Below are positions 61,929 through 64,000 of a stretch of DNA of 64,000 bases, one piece after another. How positions within the stretch are numbered: the first letter of the stretch is position 1; each line of letters begins with the position of its first letter. The DNA is taken from contig SLDX01000001.1 in the NCBI GenBank assembly GCA_007125075.1, positions 16,539 to 80,538 of the forward strand, written 5' to 3'. The notes under the pieces were generated by a model. It did not search any database, was not told the origin of the DNA, and worked only from the letters and a program-made list of their open reading frames with translations. The stretch comes from Desulfonatronospira sp. (lineage in GTDB: Bacteria > Desulfobacterota > Desulfovibrionia > Desulfovibrionales > Desulfonatronovibrionaceae). A program made the translations under genes and the position numbers.

Positions 61929-62333
61929 ATGATTAATTCAAAAAAGGTACAGCCCATATACAGCGAATCCGGAGATCTGATGGCAGTTCTTATTTCTGCT
62001 GAGAAATGGCTGAAACATCAAAATCAGCTGGAAAAAATCCTGTTCGAAGAGCCTGCTCAGCCGCCTGCTTCTCCTGAACCCATGTCTGACTGGAACAGAT
62101 TCTTATCTTACTGGGACTTCAACTATCCGATTGAAAAGAGCACTCGGTGCAGGAACTGCGGAACCAGCACTGAGGACTGGACCATAGATGCACCGCGGAA
62201 ATTTACCTTGAGAAACGCCAATTTGGGCGGACTGGTTGTATTTAGATGCCGGACCTGCAATTACCTTGTAAGAAAAAAACACTTTAAAGATCATACTTAT
62301 TACGAAAGTTCACCGAGTTCATGTCGGGTATAA
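61929..62333 (+). CDS. Hypothetical protein with C-terminal CxxC...CxxC zinc-ribbon
   Basis: GGAGG RBS; CRNC and CRTC pairs. Confidence 0.75.
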   Translation: MINSKKVQPIYSESGDLMAVLISAEKWLKHQNQLEKILFEEPAQPPASPEPMSDWNRFLSYWDFNYPIEKSTRCRNCGTSTEDWTIDAPRKFTLRNANLGGLVVFRCRTCNYLVRKKHFKDHTYYESSPSSCRV

Positions 62334-62340
62334 GAACACG

Positions 62341-63126
62341 TCAGGAAGCTTTGCGGACGGGCGTCAAAATTTTCCTGGTAATCTCCCTGGCCAGACGCAG
62401 ATAAGCATGTGAGCCAGTGGACCGGATATCGTATGCAATGACAGGCTTGCCGTGACTCGGTGCTTCGGACAGACGTACATTTCGGGGGATAACAGTTTCC
62501 ATGACTTTGTCCTGAAAGTGACCCTTGACTTCCTTTGCTACCTGGTGACAGAGCCTGTTTCGCTTGTCGAACATGGTCAGCGCGACCCCAAGCATTTCCA
62601 GGTCGGAGTTCAGCCTTTTCTTGATCAGTTCGTAGGTTTCGATAAGTCTGGCTATCCCTTCCAGGGCGTAATACTCGCATTGCAGAGGAATAAGAAGTCT
62701 GTTCGCTGCGCATAGAGCGTTGATGGTGATCAGCCCGAGAGATGGCGGACAGTCCAGGATTACAAATGAATATTGAGAGTTTATTTTTTGCAGTAACCTG
62801 TACAGGCTGAATTCTCTGTCTTTTTCATCGTTCAGCTCCAGTTCCGCGGCCACCAGATCTTTACCTGCCGGAACAACATCCAGAAACTTAAGCTCTGTGG
62901 AGTGTATCAACTGTTTTTCATCCACATCTCCCGCAATGCCCTGATAAAGTGAACATCTGACAGATTCCGCGTCCAGGCCGACTCCACTGCTGGCGTTGGC
63001 CTGGGCATCGCAGTCGACCAGAAGCACCTTTTTCTCCATAACAGCCAAAGATGCCGCCAGATTTACAGCGGTGGTGGTTTTGCCCACCCCTCCTTTCTGA
63101 TTGGCTACAGCAATAGTCCATCTCAA
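62341..63126 (-). CDS. parA: Chromosome partitioning ATPase ParA/Soj
   Basis: NQKGGVGKTTT deviant Walker A, DCPPSLG, PLQCEYYALEG and IPRNVRLSEAPSHG; TTG start. Confidence 0.96.
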   Translation of the reverse strand: MRWTIAVANQKGGVGKTTTAVNLAASLAVMEKKVLLVDCDAQANASSGVGLDAESVRCSLYQGIAGDVDEKQLIHSTELKFLDVVPAGKDLVAAELELNDEKDREFSLYRLLQKINSQYSFVILDCPPSLGLITINALCAANRLLIPLQCEYYALEGIARLIETYELIKKRLNSDLEMLGVALTMFDKRNRLCHQVAKEVKGHFQDKVMETVIPRNVRLSEAPSHGKPVIAYDIRSTGSHAYLRLAREITRKILTPVRKAS

Positions 63127-63148
63127 GGGTATAAACTCCTTTTGTTAA

Positions 63149-63164
63149 TGTTTCACGTGAAACA
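63149..63164. promoter_or_regulatory. parS centromere site
   Basis: Perfect palindrome TGTTTCACGTGAAACA, 22 nt upstream of parA. Confidence 0.95.
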
Positions 63165-63211
63165 CATGATGCGTAATGGATTAAAAGAAAGAGGGATAAA
63201 TATCAAGAAAT

Positions 63212-63240
63212 AAAACCGGCAGGCAAGCCTGCCGGTTTTT
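63212..63240. terminator. Bidirectional-type intrinsic terminator
   Basis: AAAACCGGCAGG-CAAG-CCTGCCGGTTTT. Confidence 0.85.
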
Positions 63241-63311
63241 ACAGGCTGTTGGCACAGCTAAAGCTTGATGTGGGTCAAGCAGTTGAAATATTTGAATATT
63301 TTTGTGCAGAT

Positions 63312-63605
63312 TTATTTGTATTCAAAGGAGTCAGGGAAAAAGGACCAGGCCTCTCTCAAAGAATCGACAAGCTGCACGGCATCTTCAAATTTATTTTTTT
63401 TCACTGCCTTAAGCAACTGGACCGCCAGGTGGGCGAAATCTTCTGCCTCAGCAGCCCAGGAATCATCAGCGTGCAATGGCAGACGCCCGGCCAGGTGGTT
63501 GAAGTTTTGAACCAGTTTCATATCCGGCATCTGATTATTTACCTGCGCAGAATAGATGTCAGCCAGCATTTCTTCAAGACTGACATAAGAAATCGCCGCT
63601 TTCAT
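63312..63605 (-). CDS. Small helical protein resembling the XXXCH-domain family but lacking the CH
   Basis: WAAEAEDFAHLAVQLLKAVK...AVQLVDSLREAWSFFPDSF; family resemblance from memory only. Confidence 0.55.
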   Translation of the reverse strand: MKAAISYVSLEEMLADIYSAQVNNQMPDMKLVQNFNHLAGRLPLHADDSWAAEAEDFAHLAVQLLKAVKKNKFEDAVQLVDSLREAWSFFPDSFEYK

Positions 63606-63658
63606 TCTTGAAACCCTTTGTACTTTTCACTCTCGATTTATGGTTGATGTTTAATACC

Positions 63659-64000
63659 TTAAACTTTTTGTTCCTTGGCCAGTTCATCTTCGGGCACTTC
63701 AGGTTCAGGCAGATCTTCAGGATCAATTTTTTTCCTGGGTTGAGCCTGTTCAGCAAATATAGAGCCTAAGCCTTTCAGCAGGTCCACAGGAATGGGGATA
63801 ACCGTTGCATTTTTAGCTTCTGAGGTCATTTCGCGCATGGTCTGCAGATACCTTAACTGCAGGGCCTCTGGATAAGCGGAGATTATCTGCGCCGCCTGGG
63901 TCAATCTCTTGGCTGCCTGGAATTCACCCTCAGCATTGATGACCTTGGCCCGTCTTTCACGTTCAGCCTCAGCCTGAGCGGCCATTGCCCGTTGCATTTC
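63659..64000 (-). CDS. SPFH/Band-7 (stomatin/slipin) protein, C-terminal part (5' end outside the window)
   Basis: [29 protein letters not shown]...ALQLRYLQT. Confidence 0.92.
   Translation of the reverse strand, partial: EMQRAMAAQAEAERERRAKVINAEGEFQAAKRLTQAAQIISAYPEALQLRYLQTMREMTSEAKNATVIPIPVDLLKGLGSIFAEQAQPRKKIDPEDLPEPEVPEDELAKEQKV

Overview
A ~64 kb stretch of a sulfate-reducer-like chromosome (inferred Desulfovibrionales: tetraheme cytochrome c3, AhbB, futalosine menaquinone genes). It carries typical origin-proximal loci (dnaN-gyrB-gyrA, parA/parB, a perfect parS), but no dnaA in front of dnaN. Most of the window is housekeeping: purL, mqnB/mqnD/menG, hemL, xerC, dprA, thyX, ruvB, tRNA-Ala, smpB, argJ, secA, purA, holB, glgB and malQ. 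The exception is an accessory signalling block at ~15.2-30.1 kb between ruvB and tRNA-Ala(GGC). It holds a PaaK-like adenylate-forming ligase, an orphan heme-c (CYHCH) histidine kinase, a sigma54 activator with no input domain, a low-GC FeeM-like N-acyl amino acid synthase, a GlrK/QseG/GlrR-like kinase-lipoprotein-regulator trio, a 1152-aa multi-PAS/GAF sigma54 activator and a TSUP transporter. The best new signal: the feeM-like gene and the input-less activator each sit behind a canonical -24/-12 sigma54 promoter, and both promoters share a tandem 17-bp upstream motif at almost identical distances. The input-less activator is a C-terminal paralogue of the multi-PAS activator with a nearly identical HTH recognition helix. 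This suggests (inference) a sigma54 feedback circuit controlling production of an acyl-amide signal. No CRISPR array, transposase or phage gene was seen. All family assignments are by motif recognition; no searches were run.
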